Below the pieces are notes generated by a model that saw only the letters and a program-made list of their open reading frames with translations, did no database searches and was not told the DNA's origin. Positions 36,114 to 48,035 of a stretch of DNA of 64,000 bases are shown in pieces. The stretch is from positions 51,028,001-51,092,000 of the forward strand of contig NW_024704742.1 of assembly GCF_018977255.1 (NCBI RefSeq). The letters are read 5' to 3'. How positions within the stretch are numbered: the stretch's first letter is position 1; each line of letters begins with the position of its first letter. The position numbers were made by a program, and so were the translations under genes. The DNA comes from Callorhinchus milii. Its lineage: Eukaryota.

Positions 36114-37106
36114 ACAAGTTTCACGTATGTCTGCTGCCTACATATTGACATTTCCTGTATCTGGAAAGTAATGTATCCTCTTTTCAAAAGTCTATCTCTT
36201 TGATCATTCTTACAGTCACCTTCCTCCTCCCTCACTCATTCTGCTTATGTCTTGCAGCATCTCTGTAAAGTGCACTGAGAATGTATATGACTTCATATTG
36301 TTGTTGTGTTGTTTGGTGGTGGTGTTGCTAAGATAGATGATCTCAGTTGGGGTGACACTAAGGGGCTCTCTATATACTGTCAGAGCCCAGGTTAGGGAGG
36401 GTTCCTGCCTCTGATCACTAACCACTAATCATACAGCAAACATATACGTAAAATAATACTTAATGCAATGCATTGAGAAGTTGATGCAGCATCACAGCCC
36501 ACTATGTGTTTAATTGCTATACCCTGAATTTGCAGTCAGCAGTTTCTGTATAGGAATCCCAACTATCCTGGGCATTAGAAACTCATTAGAAACTTTTCAT
36601 CTTTATGTCTTCATTTGCAGCTACATAGATTTTATTCACACAGACATTTAACATTTTATAATTTTTACATCTTCTTCCCTTTCCAGATCCTTCAACCTAT
36701 GGGTGAGTGACTTGCCAATGAAGGGTATCTCCACAGGCTCCTAGTTAGGCTGTTTTGTGCAATCAACTGTTTTGCAAAATCTCCTCTATCCCTTTGGCAG
36801 ATTCCTTAGTTTAGCATAATGACCCAGCTGAACTTGGTAACTTTGTAACATGAACACCTACTATGTAAATAGGAACGTCAAACTCAGTAAGGCTAGATCC
36901 AATCCAATTAATAGATCCATAGAAATATATGGCATAATAGGAGGCCATTCAGCTTATTTTTGTGTCAAATGGATCCCAATAACATTTTTATAACAACTCC
37001 TTAACCTTCTATAGAAATCAGATATCAATGAGAATGAAATGTGTAATCATTGTCTTTGATCGATTTAAAATGAGTCCATATGATGCAGTGTTACACATAT
37101 GTACAT

Positions 37107-37393
37107 CACCAGATCTAAAGGTAAATTTCTGTTTTACATAGAGGGTTGTGTTTACATCGCTGTCATTTTGTGCAATTAAAACAATAAGCTCTTACAAATA
37201 TGTTGGTTCAGTGTCAGGTGTACTGTGGTCATACGGTGAGGAAGCAAGGTCTTCGTATGAGCCATCAGCTCTAATGAGTCACAGGGAGTATTACATCATT
37301 CATCATCAGTTTAATGTAATATAATCAGCACACCCATGAATGGAATTGAAACAAGACCAACAGGATTGATTCAACACATCTAGAAACATCAAT
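37107..37393. promoter_or_regulatory. Duplicated upstream block of PGRP-B (candidate enhancer/promoter)
   Basis: Paralog of 21083-21458, about 1.3 kb upstream of the PGRP-B ATG; TGTTTAC, TTGTGCAAT, GAGGAAG, TGAGTCA. Confidence 0.55.
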
Positions 37394-38399
37394 CTCCATG
37401 TAAGCATGCAAATGTGGCTAACAGCAGCCTGAAACAAGTTTTCTTGTTTATCAGTGAATTAGAACACTGCATTTCTCATTTTGTTTTTCACCAGAGTGAA
37501 GAAAGTAAAAATTCAGTTTTAACACATTAAAGTAAAGAAATCAACCACCAAGGTGACTTTATCTAAAATAAACAAAAAATATGATTCAATAAGGAGAATG
37601 GTGGGGCAGTGGGTTAGACACTTTCAGCTTTGGGAGTAAACTTTGAATGCAGCCCAGATACCTAGGTTACATAGAATTACCTAGAAGTGACAACACCAAA
37701 ACATGTCATTTGACCTAACTAGTCCATGTCAGAATATATACACCACATAAGCCTTCACCACCTTAAATGAATCTCAGCCTCCTCCACAGAACAACAACTT
37801 GCATTCGTATAACACCCTTCTGAGGCGATCTGTCTGCAAAGCACACAACTTTCCAAATCGCTCTTTTCACTTCTATCTCATTCATGCAACAAGTTTCATC
37901 TTAAAGGCATTGATGAAAGTCTCCATTGCATGTCAGCTGTAAAAGGCTGATGTGAATCAATTTGGGATTTCTCAACCCATAAACCGAAAACCTTCTCCTA
38001 ATAGATTACTATACAGCCAGTGCACTCAGCCGTCATGGGATAATGGACTTTGGGGATGAAACAGAAAAAGGGCCTTGGGATGTGAAGTACGTAGGACATC
38101 CCTTGTATGCCAATTCACACGAATGCTCTAACAGCAGAGCATAGTGTTTGCAGGTCATGAGCTTTCCTGTCTGAGATGCAATTTACATCTGAAACACTTT
38201 TACTAGTGCAGTCCAGAATTCAATACCTCAATCTGCTGAACAACGGCACAGAAAGAAAAAATATTTACTCGCATCCTCCACATCCACAATTTTAACAACA
38301 GCATTTTCTCTGTGCATAATGATATTCCGTGTGAACTACAATAAACTCCGGGTATCTGGAATTCAAACCTACCCAGATTTTTTTTCACAAGCTTTAATG

Positions 38400-38762
38400 G
38401 AAGGCGTAATTATTGTGTATTTGCGGTAAAATGCACCAGCCAATTTATGCACATCATTGCCCCACAAACAGCAACAAAGTGAATGATCAATTTTATTTGG
38501 GGGATTGTTGGCCAGGACACCGGGAGAAACTGCATTTACTTTTCGAATAGGGCAATGGGATCTTCAACCACCTGATCAAGCAGATAGATGTTTAACCACA
38601 GACTTTTAGAGTTCAACACCTCATGCAAAGGACAGCACCTCCAACAACGCAGCACTTGCCCAGTACTGGCGTGCCAGGCAACACTGCCAGTTCAACGTCC
38701 TAATGTGGGACTTGAACTCACAACCTTCTGATTCAGTTGTAAGAATGCTCCCACCTGAGCCG
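38400..38762 (-). mobile_element. DeuSINE-like SINE upstream of SLC10A4
   Basis: Reverse-complement similarity to 34540-34935. Confidence 0.6.
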
Positions 38763-39283
38763 GTGTTTGTGTTTACGGTCAACTTCGACTTGTATTGTAT
38801 GCGGTTCGATTGAGGTTCAGTGTATCAGGATCAGAATTCATACATAATAATAATAATAATAATATTGTCCTTTCTACGATGTTATTCTTCCATTTTGTGC
38901 ATTTGACCATCTCACCTGCGAATGTCAGGTAATTAAGCCTAAGAAATACTAAATACAGTAACAATAGGGATGGCCAAGTGCAGCACTGCGGATGTATGTC
39001 AGTCGTTGCTGCTGGACTCACGTCCTCGCTTTAAGAAGATGTTGATCCGAGTTATTTGGGAGCACTTAGTGAAGTCGTGGCCTCTGAGTTCTCCAATGAG
39101 ATCCCACTGGGAGAAACCATCGATCGGTAGGTCAGTGGGAAAGTGGATGGAATGCATTTAAAGTCACTTTCCCTCTGGCAAACCCACCCACCAGCCTGGG
39201 TTCAGTGCAACACCAGAGGGCTTTGGAGATGAGTGCCGTGTCTCCAGTGGAATCAGCCACACACACACTGCAAGAGCAGAGAG

Positions 39284-39795
39284 ATGGAGAACTACACTTC
39301 ACAGGACAATATGACTTGGGGGCCCTCAGCTTTCCCAGATAGTTATAACGTGACAGATCTCTACAACAGCACCTCCGTGCAACTTACCAACCAGACAAGT
39401 GTGGAAACCTTCACTGTAAGGACTCAGGAAGCCTGGACTCTGAATGATGGTACCTCCACTCAGGTCCCTGCTGCAGACCTGCAAGTGCCTTTCTGGGACT
39501 CTGCCCTGAACCACGGTATCAATGTATTTGTAGGGGTGATCTTGTGCTTTACAATGCTGGGGCTGGGCTGCACGGTGGAGATCAACCACCTTGCAGATCA
39601 CATCAAGAGACCTATGGGAGTCCTGCTCGCTGCTATCTCGCAGTTTGTCATCATGCCTCTGATTGCCTTCCTCTTGGCTCTTATGTTCTCTCTGAACGAA
39701 GTGGCTGCTATCTCTGTGCTGCTCTGTGGCTGCTGCCCTGGAGGAAACCTCTCCAACATCATGTGTCTCCTGGTCAATGGCGAAATGAACCTCAG
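39284..39795 (+). CDS. SLC10A4: SLC10A4 (sodium/bile-acid symporter family) coding exon 1
   Basis: MENYTS... long N-terminus with several N-x-S/T sequons, then TM segments, MLGLGCTVE and CGCCPGGNLSN motifs of SLC10; AG|gtacc donor. Confidence 0.93.
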
Positions 39796-39957
39796 GTACC
39801 CACCCTTGTGCTATAGAAAACCTCACTGCACACTCCACCGCCTCGTCCCATCAGTCAACACCAATTCCGTATAGGTGTATAACTATGATCTTAAATAGAG
39901 ATTGATAGATCGATAGACAGACAAACAGACAGGATGAATGAATAAATGAATGAACCC

Positions 39958-40005
39958 TGTGTGTGTGTGTGTGTGTGTGTGTGCGAGAGAGAGAGAGAGA
40001 GAGAG
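39958..40005. repeat. Compound (TG)n(AG)n microsatellite in SLC10A4 intron 1
   Basis: Directly visible. Confidence 0.95.
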
Positions 40006-40651
40006 AAAAAAGGAGAGAAGAAGAAAAAAATTCTATAATAGTTGCGACTGGGAGTTAATATTTACTGGATAGAGAGGATATTTTATAGTAACATGTGCCA
40101 TCTGATCTCTTCCTTCTTAATCAGATACACTATTCTGAATGGAAAGTCTTCTCCACTGCATTGAAGTGTTTGCATCCTCACAATTTACTCTCTCCAAAAT
40201 CCGACAGACGGTGGTGTTTAATTTGGGCTTCTGATGACTTGCGTTTTTCTCGTGTTTTTTTTTTCTTCTTCTTCTTCTTCTCAGAAATGCATGGATGTCA
40301 TTTGATGGATGTTATTGCAAAAAAACAGTGGAGAAAAGTCATCGGAGGGGTGGTGTGTGTGTGTGTGTGTGTGTGGTTGGGGGGGGTTTGCGTGCAACCA
40401 AATAGACCTTTGAATACAACGCAACGTTTACCAGGTGAGGGACAGGACAGGCTGGTGAGGGTCCTGGTAACAGGTGGATGGAGGAAACGGGGTGCAACTC
40501 CAATGGTCTTTACTGCAGCTTCTTGTTGCATTTAAGAGGCAGAAGAAATGTATCTCGGGCTAACGTGTGAGTGGAGTGTGTCCGCTGCGACCCTTTCGTG
40601 TGTGGACTTGTGCCCAACGGCTGTGTAACCTGTTTTGACTGTTTTCCACAG

Positions 40652-40862
40652 TGTGATCATGACTGCCTCCTCCACGCTCCTGGCTCTGCTGCTGATGCCC
40701 GTGTGTCTGTGGCTGTACAGCAGAGCCTGGATCAACACCCCCGTGGTCGAGCTCTTGCCCTTCGGGGCAATATCGCTGACGCTGTGCAGCACCTTAGTGC
40801 CCATAGGTCTGGGAGTCTTCATCAGATGCAGGTACAGCAGGGCTGCAGATCTGCTGCTGAAG
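40652..40862 (+). CDS. SLC10A4: SLC10A4 coding exon 2
   Basis: ttttccacag acceptor, AAG|gtaat donor, 211 nt; SVIMTASSTLLALLLMPVCLWLYSRAWINTP...ADLLLK. Confidence 0.95.
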
Positions 40863-41053
40863 GTAATGGCACACATTGCACTCCAAATGCGCAAACTTTC
40901 GGGGCATCAGCGATGTGCAAACAACTCCCAATCCCACCCCCCAAACCCCCCCCCCCCCGGAAAATCACAGTGTCAAACTGGAGGTTTGCAAGAGGAGGGG
41001 GTGAGGGGTCAGAGGCTGACATACAGACTGGAGCATATGATATGATATGATAG

Positions 41054-41084
<31 letters not shown>

Positions 41085-44000
41085 GGGGGTTGCAGAGGCA
41101 GGCAGTGCAATGCAACAAGAAGAAGAAGAATAAAAATAATAATAATACGGTACAAAAGCACGTTAATTCCTACACTGGACGTTGGGATCCGTCTAAAATA
41201 GATTGTCGACCAGAAGTATTGGCGGATGCATCAGAAAATCTGCTCCGAGTACCCACTTAGCACAGCAAACGTGTGTTCTAAATATTTCCTAATAATTTGG
41301 CGGAGGGAGTGCAATGGGTGTCTCCCCAGCCTTTATTGTCCCAAGAGTTTGCATTGGGGTGAACTGCTCTTTTAGGCCAAAGAAGTGCACGGTTGCACTC
41401 GTTTAATAGAACATTTACTGCACCTGCAACACCAACGCAAACGCTCCCCGCACCGCACAGCACGTCCTGACACCCAACAAGGAACAGGGTCATGTGAAAC
41501 TGCATCATTGCCCAAATCAAAAAAAAAAAGACCATCCAACGCTTTAAAACGTTACCGGTTGCCTCAGTGCAGAGAACGAGCAATAGACCCATATCGACTC
41601 CTACAGAGCACAGGGTATATATAACAGGATCGGCAGACACTACAAACCCAGACAATAATATTCAGTGCAGGTGATTTAGGTTCGCATTTAGGAGCACGAT
41701 TAGCAATAACCTTACTAACATTTTTCCTGCCTGCAATAAGCCCAACTCCCAGATCACACCAAGTGTGACTTAATCGCTTTACTTCCACACCTTTTTTTAT
41801 AAAAAAAAGAAAGGAATACATGTCAGAACTCACGTGTCTGTGCAAATGTCCCACAGCTCAGAAATGATCGCAAATGAGGTTACAGGTAAATGTTCTGGTT
41901 GTTATATTGTAATACAAGTGTTGTAGTTCGTAGTGACCTATAGAGTAAGTCATAGGCGGTATCAGGAATTCAGGAAGAGGCGGGGAAACCACATTCCTGT
42001 AGGTATAGTAAGAGATGATTTTGTTCCAGTGTTGGTGGCTGAGCTCATCAGCAGTTCGTGGAAGGAGAGTACAGTCACTGGGAGCAGGGAGTCTGCCCTC
42101 CTCACTCATGTTAACCCAACTACACAAAGCCTAGGGGGTAGGGCTGGCAGTGACAGACAGTGCTATCAATGGCAAACTATGCAGTGTTAGCTGGTTAGAC
42201 TCCAGCAGTTATCCCAACCCACACTCTGGGGATCCCAAGCCTTGCCTCTTGCCAACCAGCGCTTCATAGTTTTCAGAATTAGGTGAGCAGGATGCATCCC
42301 TCCAGGGAGAGAGTGCGCATTCCCTCCCAACAATCTGTCTCTGGGATTTCCATGTGCACCTGGGATGCATTGGAAATCTCAGTTTGGTTTGGATACCTTT
42401 AAGCATGAGGTATGACATATTTTGTTTTCCACTATTCACTGGCACAAAATATATTTACTGATTAATAAGGGATCAGAAGTAGCATAACCAGTTTTTTTCT
42501 GATAGGAGAAACTATCACAGCACATTTTGAAAGCAGACTTCCTCATTTAATGATTAGAAAGGCTAGCCTTCCTGTAATACATTAATGAATAGATTAATAC
42601 ACTGTAATACATAAATGAAATAAAAATACTTCCATTTGATATAGCACCTGTCACTTCAAGGAAATTGTTGTTATCAGTGAGAACCATAGTGTACGTGTTC
42701 ACACAAAGGCAGGGGCCAAATTGCATTATATCATTTATTGAGCCAATGGGCGAAGCACAACTCACATGGTGTATGACACATTTTGTTTTCTACCCTCCAC
42801 TGGCTGTGTATTTGTAGATAAATGTGACAGTCAGTTTGCATGGAGTTATGAAATATATTACAATGACAATGTGCAGATACATTTTGTTTTGGATGACCAA
42901 AACAAAAATTGAGGTACTGAAAAGAGAACATGTACAACAGGTAAATTAACAGAAATTCAGGATAAGATGAACCTTTCACTTAAGAATAATATCTGGAAGT
43001 GCACATGGTTGATAATGAGCACTGAACAGGAAGAAAAGGAGATAGATTTTAAAAGAGTTTGTAAATTCTAAACTTATATATAAAAAAATTCACTTAATCC
43101 ATGACTGTTTGTGGGACACTGATGTGCGCAATTGGCTGCCACGTTTCACCCACAAAATATAGTCAATCCACTTTACAATATATTTTGTGAAGTCCTTTGA
43201 GATGTTTCAATTACATCATAAAGCGCTATATCAAATGCAAGGATTATTATTACAAACATTTTGAGGTGCTACCTTGGATGAAGGGTGCTCTATAAAAGCA
43301 AGTTGTTGTACAAAGCAGAATTATGAGGGAGGCAGAGATTTTGGGAGAGTTCCAGGGAGTGTAGGCACCATCAGGAAATTGGAGCTGGAGTAGGTGTCGG
43401 GAAGTAGTGAGTGGTAATATTGAGAAAGGATCTAAAGGTCAATTCGCATATGACCAATCTTTTTTTATTATCTGGGTGTATTGACACATGCTGAAATCTA
43501 TCATCAAACCAGACTGAGAGTTCGATATATGTATGGAAATTTCCCTTTGTGTGAAATGGAGTGCATGCTCTCTGCCTGAGGAGATGCACTCTACTTACCT
43601 AATTAGTGAGAGTAGGAACTGCAGGATTTCAAGTATCAAGGTTTGCAGACTCCACACAGTACAATGGGGGAACCTCTGGAGTTTAACCAGCTAAAACAAC
43701 AACAAATTACATTTGTATAGCGCCCTTCACATTAGGAGGACCTCCCAATGTGCTAGACAGTCAGGGATCTGTACCCGAGCTGGTGGTTGGGATCAGGAAG
43801 TGTGGAGGGCGTGAGATTAGGGGTAGGAAGGAGACCGAAGGCACCTCAAAGACACGGTCGAAGAGGAGGGTCTTGAGATGAGTCTTGAAGCAGCAAGGGA
43901 GGGGGCGAGAGGCGGAGGGACTGTGGGATGGAGTTCTAGGGGGTGGGTGGGCGGGGGAGGGCCAGAGAGGCTGAAGCTTGCCATTAAACATGGTAAAACT

Positions 44001-45009
44001 GTAAAGCTTGCGATTAAACAAGCAGCATCCAGCTTATTGTCCAGCTTAGGACCACATTACCCATGATGGTTTGGGCATGCAGGATTAAAGGGAGCTGAGT
44101 GAAAGAATCCTTACCCTCAGTGACTAATCTGTCCCTCAAAGACCTATTGACAAGCCAGCCTGCCTGGTCTGTCACCAACAGTGCCCTGGAATACTGTGGA
44201 CCAGTCAGGCCCAGGAATTAGATGACTGTACCAAGACCACCACAGAGGTTTCATTTCTGATGTTCCATTGCCAAGCATGCTATATAGGAGCCAGCTCAGC
44301 CCAAGGACATCCCGTTTACCCCCTCCTCAAGGAAGACCAGAATTTTGATGAAAGGTCACACTAAAACGTATAATGTTTTATTTTATATTTTAACAATGAC
44401 AGAGTTTTTTTTAGCAGAACCATAATGTACATGCTCACATAAAGGCAAGGATCAAATTGCATTATATCATTTATTGAGCCAATGGGAGAAGCACAACATA
44501 CATACATGATGTATGACGCATTTTGTTTTCTATTATTCACTGGCAAAAAATATATTTACTTATTAATAAGCAATCAGAAGTAGCATAACCAGTTTCTTCT
44601 GATAGGAGAAACTATCACAGCACATTTCGAAAGCAGACTTCCTCATTTAATGATTAGAAAGGCTAGCCTTCCTGTAATACATTAATGAATACATTAACAC
44701 ACTGTAATACATAAATGAAATAGAAATACTTCCATTTGATATAGCACCTGTAATGTCAAGGAAATTGTTGTTATCAAGTAGAACCATAGTGTTCACATAG
44801 AGGCAGGGGCCAAATTGCACTACGTAATTTATTGAGCCAATGGGCGAAGCACAACTCACATGGTGTATGACACATTTTGCTTTCTATTCTCCACTGGCTG
44901 TGTATTTGTAGCCAATGTGAGTCAGTTTGCATGGAGTCATGAAATATACTGCAATAACAATTTAAAATTATATAACTTTCATGTTTGGAGAATGTATCAA
45001 AGCACCTCA

Positions 45010-45680
45010 CACAGATGACTGACTGAGATCAAGCGGGGGCGGGGGGGAAGTGAGGGGGGAGAGTGACAGGGGGAGGGGTGCAGAAATTTGGGGATTTGGG
45101 GAACTGTGTGGGTGTGGGGGAAGGCGACTTAAAGCATGGTTGAAAAGATAAATCTTCAGGTAGGTTTTAATGGTCGAGAGGGAAGAGGCAAGAATGGAGG
45201 GACACCAGGATGGAGTTTCAGAGAGCAGCAGCAGAACAACTGAAATCTCACCCTTTGATGATGGGTGGATTGGAAGGTGTTTGTTGAGTGGAGGGATGGG
45301 CCTGCGTAGTAGGTCACAGAAGCAGTTTAGGGGTGAGCCCATGGAGACATTTGAATGTGTGGATGAGGATCTTGAATTTGATCTGCTGGGGGATGGGGAG
45401 CCAGTGCAGCTGAGTGAGGACAGGGCTTATAGGTTCAAAGAGCCTATAGGGGGAGAGGATTTGGACTGCAGAGTTGAGACTCTCAGCAGTGTCAACTCTG
45501 CAGCCCAATGGGACAGTTAATTACAGAGGCGGGTGATGTTTTGGAGTTTAGGGAAAACAAAATCAGTGAGAACCTGGATGTAAGACTTGAAAGGGCGAGG
45601 GGTGTCATACAAGTCGTTGAGGTGGTGTGAGCATCCATGCCAGTCAATGTGGTCAGTGCCTGAGGTGAGAAGAATGCCAT
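45010..45680 (-). mobile_element. L2 3' fragment in SLC10A4 intron 2
   Basis: PISPVLTQLHWLPIPQQIKFKIL peptide. Confidence 0.8.
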
Positions 45681-45846
45681 TATATTGGATTGTTGTTGGT
45701 CAGGACACCGGGACAAACTCCTTTTTCATTTTGAATTGTGTCACGATGAGATCTTTAACATTCAACTGAATATCTAAATTTACAACAAATCCAACTGAAC
45801 TTTTATGTAAATTTGAGAAATATTTATTAATATAATAAATCATCTG

Positions 45847-46014
45847 CAGTAAAACTTGCAGGTCTGATCTGTATAAATCGTATAATCAAGTCATACATCT
45901 GTCGAAGTCCTGTTCAAGAGTTTATATTGTATGCAAGTTTGACATGACTCATACTTTGCCCAAGTCATATTAAATGTATGGTCCCAACTGATACGACTTA
46001 TGTGAGGTTTACTG
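45847..46014 (+). mobile_element. About 165-bp MITE with CAGTAAA terminal inverted repeats (copies at about 15632-15795 + and 48251-48413 -)
   Basis: Ends cagtaaaact...aggtttactg; three diverged copies aligned by eye. Confidence 0.7.
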
Positions 46015-46065
46015 TACATGTATCGCAAAACTCAAATGATTTAAAGATCTTAAATCTCCCCTTAG

Positions 46066-46590
46066 GTATCTCTGTGGTCCTTGATGGTGACTCTCATAAT
46101 CCTCTTCATCCTCACTGGCTCCTTACTGGGACCTGACCTTCTGGCCACTATCCCAGCCTCTGTGTACCTGGTGGCTGTGCTGATGCCCTTGGCTGGATTT
46201 GCTGCGGGGTATGGTTTGGCCACCCTCTTCAAACTGCCTCCAAACTGCAAAAGGACAGTTTCATTAGAAACAGGTTGTCAGAACGTCCAGCTTTGCACCG
46301 CCATTCTCAAACTCGCCTTCCCTCCCCAGATTATTGGAGGCCTCTACATGTTCCCATTGCTCTATGCTCTGTTCCAAGCCACTGAAGCTGGCCTCTTTGT
46401 TTTGGGATACAAAATCTATAGGAGAGACGTGTTGTACAAACAGGAGCCGCTAAATGAGGATGATGACACAGACATTTCTTACAAGAAACTGAAGGAGGAA
46501 GAGGTTGTCGATACAGCCTATGGGGCAATGAGTGTGAATGAACCAAATGCTATCATGCTGCAACCCACTGCAAGTCACGCACCAGTCTGA
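46066..46590 (+). CDS. SLC10A4: SLC10A4 coding exon 3 (total about 415 aa)
   Basis: cccttag acceptor; VSLWSL...RTVSLETGCQNVQLCTAILKLAF...EDDDTDISYKKLKEEE tail resembling SLC10A4; TGA ends at 46590. Confidence 0.95.
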   Translation, partial: VSLWSLMVTLIILFILTGSLLGPDLLATIPASVYLVAVLMPLAGFAAGYGLATLFKLPPNCKRTVSLETGCQNVQLCTAILKLAFPPQIIGGLYMFPLLYALFQATEAGLFVLGYKIYRRDVLYKQEPLNEDDDTDISYKKLKEEEVVDTAYGAMSVNEPNAIMLQPTASHAPV

Positions 46591-46885
46591 AACCAAAGCT
46601 AGAGAGAGGCAACAGCTGCCCATCACTGACACCAATAAACTAATGTACTCATTCACTAATATCCTCCACATTTCAACGTGCTCTGCTTCCTGAATTTAAG
46701 TCCTTTCAATTTGTTGAAAGGAATTTAATAAGCTGTATATTGGGGATGGGTGTGAGTGAAAATGTCACCTAACTTTCAATGTGTTGGTCCACAGTATGAA
46801 TGATCCAAATGCTGAGGTAAACACCACCTGTATCTGTACCACTGCTTGTTAACCTGGAACCTGTCAGTGTTCAATTAATAAGTTC

Positions 46886-46936
46886 AATAAAAAGGGACTT
46901 AACGTTCAGTATCTCTACACACAGATTGTCAATAAA
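46886..46936 (+). terminator. SLC10A4: SLC10A4 polyadenylation signals (AATAAA x2)
   Basis: AATAAA at 46886-46891 and 46931-46936, about 300-340 nt after the stop. Confidence 0.6.
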
Positions 46937-47099
46937 AAGGAATTGAGCAGTAAAACAAAGGTCAAGGGTGGTTTCAAAGGAAATCCCCAGAGGGTCCAAC
47001 ATATTCAATGCTTTTAACTTTCTCATTTTGAATTTGAATTCCCTCTGTCACTTTCAATGCTTTTAAATTGGTTCCAGAGGCATTTCTGAGTGTCAGATC

Positions 47100-47288
47100 G
47101 ATGTTAATTGATACTAGAACTGTTATAATTAACTATTATAATGGACAATGCTAACAAGCTGTGGTGGGAGCTTGTTGTTATGCTAATAGATTTAATGCCT
47201 TTCAATCACTGGGGGTGGAAGCAAGCCCAGCCCTTTCTGGGTAGCTATTTAAATAGAGTCACACGGCTGGGAGGGTCAGCCTGAGACC
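47100..47288 (+). promoter_or_regulatory. ZAR1: ZAR1 proximal promoter (TATA-like box, TAATTG element)
   Basis: TATTTAAAT at 47246-47254 about 40 nt before a strong Kozak accATGg; TAATTG at 47105-47110. Confidence 0.5.
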
Positions 47289-48035
47289 ATGGCTACGTTG
47301 GGAGAGGAAGGGCTGGATTATATCTACCCTCACTACACATACCCCTACATCACCCTCAATCCCAAGGCTTCCTCCTGGAGGCAGAGGGGATACCTGGGCG
47401 GCTGTGCGGACCCGGGCGAGTATTTTGACAATTACCAGCGAGCTCAGCTCAAGGCGATCCTGTCTCAGGTCAACCCCAACTTGACTCCCAGGGTCAGGAA
47501 AGCCAACACTAAGGATGTGGGGGTCCAGGTGAACCCGAAAGCTGATGCCTGTGTGCAGTGCTCCCTGGGGCCCAGGACACTCATGATGTTGATGCTGAGA
47601 AGGAAAGGTGGGCTCAAGCGGCGGCCCCTGAGCCAGGGTCAGCCCCAGGGCCAGGGTCAGCCCCAGGGCCAGGGTCAGCCCCAGGGCCAGGGTCAGGGCA
47701 GTGCGGCCAGCATGCCACAGAACGTGCGCTTCCGCAGGACCATGGCCATCTACTCCCCCATCCTATCCCCCAACCTGAACCCCTTCCTCTCCCGGGAGGA
47801 CAGAGCCGCGAAAGATGCCAACTGGTTGGGGAAAGACGAGGTGGCGATTCCCGGGAAGGAGGTGGGGAGAGATGTACAGGAGGAGGAGGAGGAGCTGGAG
47901 AGGAAGGAGGTGAAGCCCGGTGGGGAGGCTGGCAATGCGGGGAGCCAGGCAGCTGGAGGAGCAGGTCACAGTGAGGATGTCGCCTCCCGTCAAGCCAGCA
48001 ACATAAGCAAGAGTGACAGACGCTTACGGTTCCAG
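47289..48035 (+). CDS. ZAR1: ZAR1 (zygote arrest 1) exon 1
   Basis: Conserved ZAR motifs QRAQLKAILSQVNPNLTPR and DVGVQVNP..DA.VQCSLGPRTL; ends RLRFQ|gtaag; position between SLC10A4 and FRYL favours ZAR1 over ZAR1L. Confidence 0.92.
47634..47696 (+). repeat. ZAR1: 18-bp coding tandem repeat x3.5 in ZAR1 (QGQPQG)
   Basis: cagggtcagccccagggc repeated perfectly. Confidence 0.95.

Noticed and set aside
38979..38996. RE1/NRSF-like motif upstream of SLC10A4 (cagcactgcggat)
   Set aside because: Too many mismatches to TTCAGCACCnnGGACAG to support.
39233..39283. N-terminal extension of SLC10A4 in the ORF track
   Set aside because: Starts at GTG; the first in-frame ATG is 39284.
44345..44375. Hammerhead-like tgatga...aaac motif
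   Set aside because: Catalytic core degenerate and no supporting stems.
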